Positions 40,394 to 55,300 are shown, numbered from the whole stretch's first letter. The stretch: 63,880 bases of DNA, filler included, from Conidiobolus incongruus B7586 (GCA_000697335.1; 19 parts of 19 records of this genome joined end to end with filler, not necessarily neighbours in it); one strand, 5' to 3'. Notes: generated from the letters alone by a model not told the origin. Numbers and translations are program-made.

Positions 40394-41177
40394 AAGATAG
40401 TTATTAATAATAATTAAAATTCTTTTTTCATATTATTTGGAATTTTAGCATATTTCTTTAATAATATATTTTATCAGACTAAAGATTCTTTTGGATAATA
40501 TTTTATATTTCTGATAAATTCATTGTTTTAACAATTTAATAATAATAAGAGAAAAAAGTCTTTTCTAATTATTTACTTTAAATAAAGGTGAATTTTACTT
40601 ATAAATTAATTTATTCAATAATATCATTTGATAAAAGCTTTATGAAAATATTAAATATTTAATACAAAAACAAAGAGGTTGAGTAATTGTTGTATTAAAT
40701 AGCTTAGATTGATATAAACCAGATTATATTATTTAAAATAATTAAGTGAAATACCTTTTTTTTAAATCAAATTTCAATATTAAAAAGTATTGTAAATTGA
40801 ATTATAAATAATTAATGAATTATATTAAAATATAAATTAATAATAGTTATAACCACTGGAGGAAGTAGGTTTTGAAAGCTTAAATAGGAAATCACCAGTG
40901 GTAAAAAATAATTTATCATATAATTAGGGGAAATTAATGGAGTTCACAAAATTAGGTGAAAATGGCTTATTATGAATAAAGTAATTATCTCACTCTTATC
41001 ATAACTCAATATTTTTGTGAGTATTACAAGAAAAACTAAGAAACCAGATGGTTTTGAAATAAAGATAAAAAGATATATTTATTAAGTGATAGGTACAATA
41101 AGTTCATAAAATAAGGTATTTTCAATATTAATTCTTGAATCAATATGGTATTCAGAGTTCCTTAAGTAAAGGACAAG

Positions 41178-41275
41178 ATTATTCCCTATCATTAATATTA
41201 AATATAATTTATATTTGCTAAGAGGGTGGTTTTGGAGTTATTTATAAAATTTCATTATTATTTGTTGATATTAAA
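41178..41275 (+). pseudogene. Possible decayed protein-kinase fragment
   Basis: IIPY... then, after a frameshift, IC*EGGFGVIYKISLLFVDIK, resembling kinase subdomains I-II (GxGGFGxVYK...VAIK). Downstream motifs were not convincingly found. Confidence 0.3.
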
Positions 41276-41603
41276 TCAAATATATATTTTAATATTATAA
41301 TTTATACCTAAATTCAAATTCTATGCAAAATAGTTATATAAATACCTTTAATTAAATTTATGAAAGGAATTTTTTCTTTTAAATTTTATGATTTACTACT
41401 ATTATTATTAATCCCTTATTTTTTAAGATTTAAGACTACCCTTGTTAAATTATTATTATTAATTATTTTAATCACTAAAATAGTTATATATTAGTATAAA
41501 ATAAATATACTAAGCATATAATAAAGATTATATAATTTTTAGGTTTAATAAGTTTTGAATTATATGATAATATCATGTCACTATATAAAACTATTTAATT
41601 TTA

Positions 41604-41778
41604 CTTTATAATTTAAATAATAAGAATTTTTATGAATAGAAAATATATATATTAATATATAAAAGATAAAAATAAATATATAATATAAAATTAATAATTT
41701 CTTTTAATTCTAATAGCTTTTTGCTATATTTTTAATAAAGATTTAATATTTAAAAAATATTTTATTTTATTAAAAATT
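41604..41778 (-). mobile_element. mariner 3' terminus (TIR and end of ORF), cut by gap
   Basis: TA|CTTTATAATTTAAATAATAAGAATTTT and the following sequence match 7334-7510. Confidence 0.8.
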
Positions 41779-41878
41779 NNNNNNNNNNNNNNNNNNNNNN
41801 NNNNNNNNNNNNNNNNNNNNNNTTAATTAATTAANNNNNNNNNNNNNNNNNNNNNNNNNNNNNNNNNNNNNNNNNNNN

Positions 41879-43724
41879 GTTAGTATTAGGTAAAATATTT
41901 AGTAGTTTTATAATAAAGTAATATTAATTTTTTAAAATTAATTTTATTAATTTCTTATAGAATAAAAAATAAATTAATTTATAGCTTTTTAAAATACCAC
42001 TTATAGATAAAGGACTATTATATTTAAATTAATTTTAACCTAATATAAAATTATAACTAATATTACCAACTAAAAATTTAATATATTGGGAATAGTTAAG
42101 AAATAATAATAGATGTTTAAATATAATGTTAAATATTTATTTTATTAAATTATCAATATATATAATTATTAAGCTGTTTTTCTAAATAAGTAAAGATATT
42201 TTTAAAATAATAAAAGAAAAGATAATATAATTAAAATAACTAGGATTAATTAAAATATTAATAAATATAACTATAAAATATCTAGTTAAAATAAATAATA
42301 GGGTAATAATTAAAAATAAAAAATTATAAGGTAAATTAGTTATTAGAATATTTTTAGTTTTAATAATTTAATTAGTTAAATTTCTCTAGTATATATAGTT
42401 TAATTTGTAGAATCATTAGTTTATTAAAACTTTTATAGATTAAATTAGAATTTGGTGATTAATTATAAAATAGGTGATTTTAAGGCTATATTAATATTAT
42501 TCAAATTTGATTTATAGTTGATAAATTAAGATTATTGAAAATTAAATAGATATTGCTTCTTAAAATAATATTTATTAGTTTTATAATTAATTTAATTTTT
42601 TTAACAATAATAGAAATCTTTATTTATTTTTAAATAAGCTTTAATTTCTTTACTAAAGGTTTTTTCTTAAAGCTTTAAAATAGAAATATTTATTATTTAA
42701 GATTTAAATAGATTAAAGTAAGTTTTAAAAAATTAATTTTTAAGATAGGAAAATTTAGTTATAGAGTAAAAAATATAATCAATCACAATTACTATATTAC
42801 AAATATTAGAAAAAAATATATTATTAAAATGTTCTTTATTAATTAACTAGAGTTTTATTTAAAAATTAAAATATTATAATAACTTGTAAATTTATTCTTC
42901 TTTAGTAATATTTAATATATTTAAACATATCTTATTAAATTTCTAAATTAATTACCTTATAAAAGTTTTTTGTTTAAATTAAGATAGTTTTTCTCTTGTT
43001 AATCAAATTTAATTTTTTAAATAATATTTTTCTTTAAAAGCTTTCCCTAATTATTTAAAGGTTTATATTTTTATAATAGGTTATCCTCTTAAAGATTTTT
43101 TAAGATTAAGTTTATAATAAGTTAGCTACTAAATATATATATATTTTTCTAAAAAGTAATAATTAATTTAAGGTTATTTTTTAAATCTTTATCAAAAATT
43201 AAATTAAAATAATATTTTATATTTTTACAGTAATTTTCAAGATTGTAGAAGTTTTTAAAATTATTATAAATGGTTAGTTTATCTTTAAAAACAATAAACA
43301 AGTAATTTAATATGTTAACTATAGTAAAATAGTTAGTTTATTAGATTTAAGCTTTTTAAGTTATATTTTTCTTAACTAAAAGTTATTTAATATAAGTTTT
43401 TTATAGGATAATAAGTCTTTAGGGATTAAAGCTTTAAATTCATTTATTAATTAAGTTACTATCATTATTAAAATAATATAATGGTATTTTTTTTAGTGGT
43501 ATTATAGTGTATAATATTAAATTTAAGTAAAGTAGGTTATAATTAAATTTTACAATAGTAATAAATAGATTTAATATAAATAATTATTAATTTTAATAGG
43601 TTTATAATAGTTTTATTATTGCTATTATATAATTGTAATAGTAAAATACCAATATAATATAGAAGAAGACTTTAATATAAAAGTAGTGTATAAATATAAA
43701 TAAAGTTTAATTAAGCTTTAAATT
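41879..43724 (-). mobile_element. Second Ty3/gypsy gag-protease copy with PBS and part of the LTR
   Basis: Colinear with 11880-13600. PBS-like TGGTA at 43651-43647 next to the LTR end. Protease remnant INILINPSY. Confidence 0.85.
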
Positions 43725-43824
43725 NNNNNNNNNNNNNNNNNNNNNNNNNNNNNNNNNNNNNNNNNNNNTTAATTAATTAANNNNNNNNNNNNNNNNNNNN
43801 NNNNNNNNNNNNNNNNNNNNNNNN

Positions 43825-44340
43825 TATCCATTTTATATTATTATAAATTAATTTAAGTTTAAACTTTAATATTTATATTATATATATAGTTAATATTAAA
43901 TTACCTAGATATTTTTTTTAATTTATTTATTATTTGTTTATTATGAAAATAAATAATAATATAAGTAGATTTTCTAAATTTAAATAAATTTTGAATAATA
44001 TCCTTTCTTATTTGAAAAAAAAAATTCATAATATATGGTAATTTTAAACAAAATATTTTTTATAAGCTGTTTCTAAATCTTGAGTGATTTAAAAAATATA
44101 TAGCCAAGTTTTAGTAATATTAAGATATAAAACTTCTAATAATCATTATTTAATTCAAGTATTTTTAAATATAATTTATATTTTTCATTAAAAATATTAT
44201 AATAAATTATAATATATAATATATATATAGTTGGGAAATATTAATTTTCCTATATTTTTTATATATAATTAAATTTCAAAACTGATAATATATTTAAAAA
44301 ATTATAAATTAAAATATTTTCCATTTTTTCTATCTTAATT
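43825..44340 (-). mobile_element. Degenerate mariner 5' half
   Basis: Loosely colinear with 36420-36965, including the TA run and the TIR remnant ccattttttc. Confidence 0.6.
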
Positions 44341-45172
44341 AATAAAACAAAAATTAATAATTTAATTAAATAATTTCAAATATATTTTTTATATTAAAAT
44401 CTTAATCACACTAATTAAAAATTTATAATATCAGGTTCAATACAAAAAATCTTATAACCCAAAAATTAATTTAAAATGTATTAGTTATATATTAACAATT
44501 AAGCTTTATAATTTATATATTTTATATATTATATAGTTAGAATCAAACCTTAAAAATTAAAGTATACTATATTATACGATACTTGTTAATTTCAAAGATT
44601 TTGAAATAAAAATCTTAAATGATAAAGTTAATTACAATATATATTAATAAGATTACTGGTTTCAGATAATACGATTATTATATTTAGTAATATTTATAAT
44701 AACTTCTAATTTTTTCAAAAATACTAATCATTAAATATTTAATTTATATTGATAACAGATCTAATAACATAATAATGATATAAGTTGAAATAATATATTA
44801 TATTATTATAACTTAATATAAATATTAGATTTATGATATTAAAATATTGGAAACCTTTTTATATGAACCTAATATATTGAAAACAAGTAAATATCAAAAA
44901 TTTTTCTTTCAAGGATTTCATATATGATATTTCTTAAAATATTTTTTATATTCAGCTTTGGGAATGTGAATAAAATAATTTACTTATTATATTCATTTAA
45001 ACATACATAACGATAATTAACAAATGGCTATAATTTGAATTTAATAATTTAAAATCATTTATAGCAAATGAATAGTGATATTTAATCAAGAATAAATGTT
45101 TATTAATAGCAAATGGTAAAGTATTATTACAAGGTAAGTAGATGTTTAATATTGTTAAGTACTTTCTGATTT

Positions 45173-45427
45173 TTAGCGTCTATAGGGACCATATCCAGGA
45201 TAATAGGGATGTCCATAATAATAGGGATTGCTATAGTAATAAGGATAACCATAATAAGAATAACCCCAATATCCTTTATCGTCACCATTACCAGCTTCTG
45301 GGTTCACAGCGGGAGCATTTTGTACATTGGGAGTGGTAACATCAAATTGAGAATTGGGTTTATCTTGAGGAGCAGCGAAGGCCACAGTGAGAGCACCAGC
45401 TAAGTTTAAGACTTGAATCAATTTCAT
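45173..45427 (-). CDS. Small secreted Tyr/Gly/Pro-rich protein, 84 aa
   Basis: ATG at 45427. Signal peptide MKLIQVLNLAGALTVAFA|AP, then a polar spacer ending in DDK, then GYWGYSYYGYPYYYSNPYYYGHPYYPGYGPYRR. GC-richer than its flanks, with TATAAATA upstream. Confidence 0.8.
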   Translation of the reverse strand: MKLIQVLNLAGALTVAFAAPQDKPNSQFDVTTPNVQNAPAVNPEAGNGDDKGYWGYSYYGYPYYYSNPYYYGHPYYPGYGPYRR

Positions 45428-45488
45428 TTTTATTAAAGATCTCAAATATACTATTTAATGAAGATGTTTTGATATAAGAAATTGGGAG

Positions 45489-45496
45489 TATTTATA
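45489..45496 (-). promoter_or_regulatory. Putative TATA box of the secreted-protein gene
   Basis: GACTATAAATACTCC on the minus strand, about 60 nt upstream of the ATG. Confidence 0.4.
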
Positions 45497-47409
45497 GTCA
45501 AAATCGAATAAATGTTTTCTTGTAAATTTTTTCTAAATTTAAAATTATTATGGCATATTCTTTTCTTCATTTATTTGAATGAATTTGCATAGATTAGTTT
45601 TGTTATTAATTTGATTAAATTCATTTATTACAAAAATTATTTATTTGCATAATAATTTCGAATTCTGCAACTATGCATTTACAAATACTATCTCGATTTA
45701 TATGTTATTATCTTGATAATATTGAAAATATTTATGATTATATTTTAACCAATCAATATACTAATATATTATGAAACCACTTATACACTATATTCAATTA
45801 AAATCAATTTAAAAATTAGAGTATATCAAGCATAATTCAAATTTTTATGAGCATCAAATCTACCATTAATTTTAACCAATTTAATTTATCATAAAAAATT
45901 AATAAGCAAATATAAATTGAAATTTGCTTATATACTAATATCGACTAAGTTAAAATATTTATGCCTTATAGTTACTGTATTTTTTGACTCAAAATTTATA
46001 ATATTAGATGTTATATAAAATCCACAATTATCAATCAATTTTTCAAGCCAAAAATAAATAGCAATTTTTATAATTAAATAAATTTAAATTTTTGAAAAAT
46101 TTGAGCATTGATATTTAATCAATTATAAGGAAATAAATTAACATTAAATTGATTTTTTTTAATTTGAAAATTGAATATTTCGGAATTAACTGACCAACAG
46201 ATTCATTATATATTGAACTATTAAAAAATTTAGAATTATAATGATTATAATAGTATATATTTATTTTAATGCCAAAGATTTAAAGAAATATTAATGGTTA
46301 TTAAAAATATATTACTAATTAAAATTAATAAATAAAAAATTAAAAAGGATTAATTGTTTGATTAGCTTTTAATATAAATTGCTACTAAAATTATTATTGT
46401 TATTAAAATCAAACTATAATTAATAATAAATCAATAATTTATTTAATTAAAATATTAATTTTTATATTTGATCCCAATGATTATATATTTTTAACAATAT
46501 GTCAATTATAATTAAATAATATATTTCCTTTAATTTTAATAGATATTTTTTGATATTTTTTGAAAATATATTAAAAAAGTTTCAATTTCTTAATATATAT
46601 ATATATATATATATATTTATTTATTTAATTGTAAACTGAAGTATCATAGAATAATATATAAAAAATTCATAGAAATTTGAAATTTAATTCATTTTTTAAT
46701 ATAATCAAAATTGATTGTTTAATAATAATTACGTCAATATTAAATAATATATATATATATACATCCTTATTCTAAGCTTGATAAAAGATTTTATTAAATA
46801 AATTTATAAAATTTTTGAAATATTGTATTATATAATATATTTTCATTTTTCTTATAATTCATAAAAATTTATTATTAATTATAAATTTTTTTTTTCAAAA
46901 ATTATGTAAAATTTAAGAGAATATAAGAATGAAATTGAAGGAAATCATATTATTATATAATGGAGACTCATCTGTATTGAATAATTTGAATGATCAACTA
47001 GAGCTTCGTTTAATTGATAATTAAAATCATATAAATTTATCTAAACCAAATTTTCATTCAATTACATGTATAAAATAAAAAATTTAGATGAAATTATTTT
47101 GAAGCTGAATAGATTATTGAATTTAATAAATATCATACGTAGAAAATTTTGTTGAACTATTTTATGTGAATATCAAAAGTGAGTTTAATATCATATTTTA
47201 ATATTGAAACTTTTTTCTAATTAATCTAAAAAAATTTGTGCATTTAAATTTATTAATAATTAAACCAACTTAATCCTAATTGAATAATAAATGCATTCCC
47301 ATTTATACTTATTATAATCCCATAAAATTATGATTATAACAAATTACAATATTAATATTTAAACTTACTTTTTAGTTATTTTTAATAAACTAAATTTAGA
47401 ATAAAAAAA

Positions 47410-48410
47410 ATGTCAACAACACGCCCCCAACCTGTTAGTAATGAATTTTTTGAAACTGAAGCTAAAAGTGAATTAGAACACGTTCATAAAGTTTATGATC
47501 AAATTGCTTTGCATTTCAGTGAAACACGTTATAAAGTATTTGAACTCATTTTATAATTTATGAAATATTAATAGTATTTAGGGTTGGCCAGTTGTCGAAA
47601 ACTTTATTAATTCGCATCCTAATGGCTCCTTGGGAGGTGATATTGGGTGTGGTAACGGTAAATATTTGGGATTTAATAAGAAGATCGTAATGTTGGGTTC
47701 AGACAGGTAACTTGTTCCAATAAGTATAGAATATCAATTAATTTTGAATAGATGTGAAAATTTGATCAAAGTAGTGAATTCTAGAGGGTTTGAAGGGTTA
47801 ATTGCTGACAATTTAAAATTACCTTATAGGGATAATCAATTTGTAATATATTGTAGAGTTTAAGTCGATTCGTATTAATTTTAATTTCAGGATTTCGCTA
47901 TTAGTATCGCTGTCATTCACCACTTTTCGTCGGAGGCTAGACGTATTGCAGCTATTAAAGTAATCTTTATTTATACTTAATATCATCATCATATTAATCG
48001 ATTATTTAGGAAATTTTAAGAACTGTGAAAGTAGGAGGCGATATTTTACTATACGTTTGGGCATTAGAACAAAAAGTATTACATCATAATTTATTGATGA
48101 TATCATTATTAATTGAATATTTAGAGCCGACGTAAATTTGATCAAAATCAACAAGATGTGTATGTACCATGGGTTATGCAATCCCAATTTGAAACTCAAA
48201 AATCAGACAATGAAGATAAAACCAACAAAGTCTATCATCGGTAATATAATCAATATATATTGCCAACATTGTACTAATACAATGATTAGTTATTACCATT
48301 TATTCAAAGAAGGAGAATTGGAAAATTTAGTAAAGCAATTGGATAATGTAGAAATAGTGAACTCAGGCTATGATAGAGATAATTGGTATTGTGTAGTTAA
48401 AAAATTGTAA
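47410..48410 (+). CDS. TRM9: tRNA (carboxymethyluridine-34) methyltransferase, Trm9/ALKBH8 methyltransferase-domain type, 237 aa, 7 exons
   Basis: Exons 47410-47535, 47582-47706, 47752-47842, 47891-47959, 48010-48075, 48125-48240 and 48290-48410 (714 nt; introns 45-50 nt). Motifs EHVHKVYDQIALHFSETRYK, WPVV, DIGCGNGKY, ISIAVIHHFS, YVWALEQ, QDVYVPW, RYYHLFKEGEL, DNW. Confidence 0.95.
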
Positions 48411-51400
48411 TTATTTTAAAAAATAAATATATTTAGATTAATTAAATTTTATCAATTAATTATTAGTCAAAATTAATATTTTGAATGATATCAAGTTAAT
48501 TGATAGATATTTATCATTTAAAGTTTATAACTATTAAATATAATCATATCAGAGTACAATCACTATCCAATATTCATTCGATTATAATTATTTATTTAGT
48601 AATTGAACATTTAAATATTTCAAAATATTAAATTGAAATCGATTATTATTATTTATTTGAATAAAAGTTTTTTCAATGATTAAAATTCTTAATATATTTT
48701 TAAATTAATATTCATTATTTAATTATTTTAATTCATTTGATTAAATAATTAATTTCATTAATATTAGTTTAGAAAAAAAGAAATGATAAATTTTTTAATT
48801 TCANNNNNNNNNNNNNNNNNNNNNNNNNNNNNNNNNNNNNNNNNNNNTTAATTAATTAANNNNNNNNNNNNNNNNNNNNNNNNNNNNNNNNNNNNNNNNN
48901 NNNTTTTTAATTATAAATATTAAAAAAGATTTTAGAATTATAATATAAATACCATTAAATATAAGAATTTATTCTAATTTATAATAATCAATTATAATAA
49001 TTTATTTAATTGGTTTGTTATTTTTGTTATTTATTTTTAATTTCCAAATTTTACAAATTAATTAAATTATATATTGAAGATTGAATAAATGGAAAAATGA
49101 TTTTATGATTTTGTTGTAATATACAAAAAATTACATAAAATATTAAATCAAATTTATTTATCAATATCGTGATAATTATAATTTTTATCAGTATTCTCAA
49201 AATTAACTTACAAATGATTTATTAAACAATTTAATAGATTTAAATAATATATTTCAATATATATTATATAAATCCTTGGTTATTTTGGAGTTTAGGAATA
49301 TTTATTAAGAATTTCAAAAAATATATTTTATTCATTATTTGTAGTTTCTATATCAAGATAATATTAATATCATAGTACAATATTCAATATATTATTTATA
49401 TGAACAATCAATTAAAATGATTTTTTTCTGATTTTTATATAATGATATTTATTATCATTTTATTATTTCAATTATATATTAAAATTCAAAAACAATATAT
49501 TAACAAATTAATTTTGATACAAAGTTAAAATACCAGACTCAAAAAATAATTATCAATGTATCATAAATATGGGATTATTATATTTCAATAATATTATATA
49601 TTTTCAAAAATCAATTTGAAAAGTATAATATTAAAATTAATTAATTTCCATTATTTTGAAGATAATTTAAATATATAATTAAATAATATAATTTGACTAT
49701 ATTTATAACAAAATATTTAATTGTTAATATTAATCCATTTTTTAAAAATTCTTGAAATATTTTATAACCCATTGATTATTCAATATTAAAATGGAAATAA
49801 AAAATATTTTGAGAATTATTAAATATAATTAAAAATTAAAATTAAATTATTACAATTTTTTTCAAAATAATATCTACATTTTATCTTTTAAAATATAATA
49901 TTAAATATTAAAATATTTAATAATGGAATATTATAATCAAATTAACAATTTTATACAAAATTTTGAAATTATTTTGTATCAGTATATATCATAAAATCCA
50001 TTAAGTTTCTATTCATATATTGATTTATTTCATTATATCAAATTTTAATGATATATAATATCAAAATAAATTATAAAATATTTTTATTTCAGTTATTAGA
50101 AATACAATTTTTTAATCAATTATGGAATAATATTTTATGTGTTATGAATAATTATAAAAGATTTAATTTAAAAATATTGTATATATCAAAATAAATCAAT
50201 ATTATCTGTAGAAATTTAGTCATTTTATATTTCATTATAATTCTTATGATTTTTTTAATCAACGATTGTTTATAATTTCAATTAATTATTAAATTTTGTT
50301 TATAATTCCACATTCAAAAGATATATTTAAATATAAACACTATATATATAAATAATAGGTATATTCTTTAATATCATTACAAAAAGTAATGTTTATTATA
50401 TTAATTTCAACTAATATTCTATTTTATATCTATCAATTCAATATTACTTATTGACTGAATATATAGATTGTAAGTTAGTTAACACTTTTTATATCCAGAA
50501 TTCAAATTCTTGTTTTATTTAAAATCAAAATTCTAAAATAATGAATATAATTTTATAAGTTTATCATATATGATATTATAATATCTAATCATATATAATA
50601 AAAAAATGGATGTTATAATAATATAATTTCATTATTAACAAAATTGTTTTTAATTTTGTATATCAAATTAATATGATAATTTATGATTTCAATATTTAGT
50701 TAAATATATGGTTTGTATAAAAATGAAAGGAATAGAAAATTTGAAATACTGTTATTAGTTTATAAGTATATATTTAATAAAATATTAATTTATATATATT
50801 ATGAAATTTCAAATACTAAAAATATCAATGAACTATATAATAGTCTTTCCAAACATTTTTAGCCAAGTGATATATTTTTATATATAAAAGTTAATATTTG
50901 ATTTAAAAATATTTTTGATATTAATTATTAGAACTAATTGAAAACAATACTAATTAATTATTATCATATATTGTGTTTATCATATTAATAACAATGTTTC
51001 AAGTATTTTAATATATTATTATATAATTTTTATAATAATGAAAATAAATTGTTTTGAAATAATATATTTATCCCGATATTAATGAGATATTAAGTTTCAT
51101 GTATATTACTTTTATAAATTCAGTGTATGAATATATATTAATAATATGAATCGTTTCTTTATTTTATCCACAAATTAATTGAATTCAATATTCTTTGAAT
51201 TATTAGTATTATATAATTGGAATAAATCAAATAATCAAAGGAATTTTATAATTTGTTTAATTAAATGAATTTAAATTTAAAATTGCAATAATGTAAATAA
51301 AAGGTCATATTATTATTAATTTCATAAAATTGTTAAGCTTAATTAGTATATCTTGTTTATTCGATATATATTAATGATTTTATTTAAACTTGATTTCTTC

Positions 51401-51711
51401 TTTTTTCAATCTATTGAGAAAATAAATTATGAATATTTTGAAAATTAAATAATCCATTATTTGATCTGAATTAAACATTTAAAACCGAGTAGTTATTATG
51501 ATATTCAATCACAGTAAATATCATGATTGAAATTAATAAAAGAAAAATTTTTGGAATAATTATATAATTTCACCTAATCAATTTATATATTTTATACATA
51601 AATAAATATAANNNNNNNNNNNNNNNNNNNNNNNNNNNNNNNNNNNNNNNNNNNNTTAATTAATTAANNNNNNNNNNNNNNNNNNNNNNNNNNNNNNNNN
51701 NNNNNNNNNNN

Positions 51712-52320
51712 TAACTTAATATTTAAATTTATATTTTGATCAAAAATAATATAAAAGGAAATATATTTTATTAGTTATTATAATTACTTGTATAAACCTT
51801 AATTTGTGGCTATATCTTAGTAAATTATACTTAGCTATATTTTTTCTATTTTTTTTTAGTTTTAATTAAGCCATAAGATATTTATTTTATATATTTATTA
51901 ATTAATACAAATTTAAACTTTAATATATATAATATATTTAAATTATTAATATTAAAATACCTTGATAATTCTTAATTCAAAATAAAAAGATACTTATTAA
52001 TATATTTATTAATTTAATTACTTATTAAAATAATAATTATTAAAATTTAAATAATTTTTTTTTAGTTTTAAAATTGTTTATTTGGTGGTCAATAGTTAAT
52101 TTATATAAATCATTATCTTTAAAAGCTATTTCTAATTCTTGATTATTTTATTTTAAATATAATATATGAAATATACTATATAATTATATCTCAATATAAA
52201 GTATATCTATTAATATAATAAAATATATATAATTTAAAATATAATCATATTTTTATTAAGTTAATAAATAACCAAATTTGGAATAAAAAAATTTATTATT
52301 TTGAACTTATTATTTTAGTA
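51712..52320 (-). mobile_element. Old, divergent mariner fragment
   Basis: Loosely colinear with 7915-8620. Minus-strand K*ISYGLIK lies at the WVPHEL position. Confidence 0.55.
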
Positions 52321-55300
52321 TTCATATTTTATTAATGATAAATAACATATTGAAATATTAATAATTTAAAATATAATTAATTACTGAAAAATTGTCTTTT
52401 TATATCATTATTGACTTTATCATTAAATCGAAAACTATTCTTACCTCCTATATCTAACTTAAAATATTTTTATCAATTTAATTATAAAATTTAACTCAAT
52501 TTTGTGAGATTGTTCTTTTTAAATTCAAAATAACAGTTTTATCTTATATGTCAGAATCAAAAAGAGGTAAGATAGTTTTGAAGAGAATTGAAAGGATCCA
52601 AGCAGCTTCAACAAGCAGGATTTTTGCAAGACATCCAGGCGAGTGCTGTGATGTGATCGTAATGAATTCTTTGGCAGACTGAGTAGAGAATGAGCTAGCT
52701 AGAGAGTGTCCAGGTCAAAGAATAATTCAATTAATTGCACTTTCTAAAGAATATACCATTGGCTGGGATTGGATGCCTTCATCCTTAGTGTTATTATTCC
52801 TGGGAACCATATAGAGAACTGAATGATTTATGAAAAAGATATAGACATACATCTGACGATGTTAACTCATATCACATACATAGGCCAGTTGTGTTAAATT
52901 TATGATATTTATATCAAAGCCTCTAACCTAATGTAGAATTTTAGTTGCTTTAGAGCTGTATCAAATTTCCGTTCTCAGCCCTCAGACATTTCAATAAGCA
53001 AGTATGGTCACAAAACTTAATTATCACAGACTTTCTTATATTGATTAGTAATTTTTGAGAGCTTTAAATTATTCAAACAACTACTGATCATCAGATATCA
53101 GAATCAGCTCAATAGATTTCAATTCCCCAAAATTTAATTTTAATATTGAAGTAGAATATATATATAAATATTGGAATCTTTAATTTTTAATTTTTAATTT
53201 CAATAGGTTTAGATATCAAATTTCAAAAGAATTTGAGTATACTGACCCTTATCACCATCAAATTTCAATTATTAAGTGAAAAATTTTTGAGACATTAAAA
53301 GTGGTTCTATTTGGATAGTATTATCATGTGACCTTTCAAATTATTAATTCGTTATCAGTGTGATTTTTTCTTTAAAATTCCAATTTGTTAATTTTTTTCA
53401 AATTTTACCCTTTTAAGAAAGGAAGATAATATTATAATTTTTATATTTTAAAATCAATTACTTGGTTGATTTTGTAATATTTTAATAGGAATTCTGTGGA
53501 GGAATATATCTAAGTAGAGTTGAATTCCTGATATGCATAAGTCTTAATATATATTTAATGGCATCTAAGAGCTGTATCTAATTAAACATTTATATATGAG
53601 AACTAAAACCCTATATTTGTTTTTAATTCAAAATCCTGGACTAATTTGATATATTACAAATTGACCAATCAACTTAATATTTAAAACAATTTTTCTAAAA
53701 TTAGCATAAACCATTCCCTATATTTGACTCAAATTTCAAACATTTCTCAATATTCTAATCAAACATTGTATAAATAAAAATAAAATGATAAAAATATCCA
53801 AAATGTAAATATATATAGATTTATTTAAGTTTAATAGCAATCTTTAGTATTTTAATAGAACTCACTATCCCTATTTGAACCAAATATCTTTAAAATTTAA
53901 TTTAAACAACCGATTTAATGCATGGATTTTACATAATTAGGTCAATATCAAAATCGTAAAATTATGACTTTTATTTTCAAAAAATATATCAATAATCAGA
54001 TAGTAAAAACTAATAAGTTTAGAAAACTGAATAATACATTTAGCTCTTAGAATATTCATTAGGTATAACCATTAAACTATTATTTACAATAATGTATGGC
54101 CAATATCATAATCAATGCAAAGGTTGATTATCTTGAATTAGTTAATTACAAAAGGAAAGTGTAAATCTTGTTTTCAATAGTTATAAACAATAGGTAAAAT
54201 TTTTTAAATATTTACATTAAAAAAGATTGTAACTTTGGTGGATTTAGTATCTCATATAAAATTATATTTAAATCAATTTACTCATTTTGATTCAATAAAA
54301 TATAATAAGATAATATATCAAAAATATATTATTTAAGTAAAAATATTTCGAAATCAGATTTATTAACAATTTCACGTTTTTTACTATATTATTTAAATTC
54401 TATATCAAGTCAAATAATGGTTGATTTTAAGCCAAGAAAATCATTAATCTAATGTTGCTTTCAAATTCAAGTTTGCATCAAAATAAAGTGTAAAGGCATT
54501 ATTTATTACTCCAATAATAGCAATATATCAAATTTATGTTTTTTAGCAAGTAATTAACTATTCAAATATTCAATTATTGATATTATTTCTTTATTCATAT
54601 TTTTATAATTTGAAATTATAAAATTTAATAAATAATTCATTTTATAATAATTAGTTAATATCTATTATTCTTAAATATAATTTTATAAATCATTTATCAT
54701 TGACTACTAGAAATTATATATTTAAAATTATAAACAAAATCTCTAATATATAAATTTAAATTGATTATATTTTTTTAATTTACCTAATATTTTTAATTTA
54801 TATTAATTATATAAAATTATTTCAGACTAAATAAATTAAATAGATATAAATACTTTTTNNNNNNNNNNNNNNNNNNNNNNNNNNNNNNNNNNNNNNNNNN
54901 NNTTAATTAATTAANNNNNNNNNNNNNNNNNNNNNNNNNNNNNNNNNNNNNNNNNNNNATAAATATTATATTTATTAAATAATATATTTATAAGATATTT
55001 AGATTATATAAATAATATCAAAATATTTATAGTTAAGTTTTAATTCAATCTAAATAAAATTATTTAAGGATCAATATTGAATTTCAGTAAGATTGAAACT
55101 TACTTTAAAACTTATTTAAAACATCTTAATAAAATTTAACTATAGATTATATATATTTAAAAATACTAATTCTCCTATATATATTTCATATTTAAGTAAC
55201 GGATTATCATTAGCAAAATATTTGAAAATTCAAAATTTAAAATATTTTTAATTTTTTGTTTTTAAAATAATATATAAATAATAATTTAATCTTTCAATAA

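Noticed and set aside
45142..45403. Plus-strand ORFs 45142-45339 and 45209-45403
   Set aside because: Antisense shadows of the Tyr-rich gene, which has the signal peptide and upstream TATA box.
48002..48410. ORFs 48002-48199 (-) and 48138-48410 (+) as stand-alone genes
   Set aside because: The first is antisense to TRM9. The second is only TRM9's last exon extended through intron and out-of-frame sequence.
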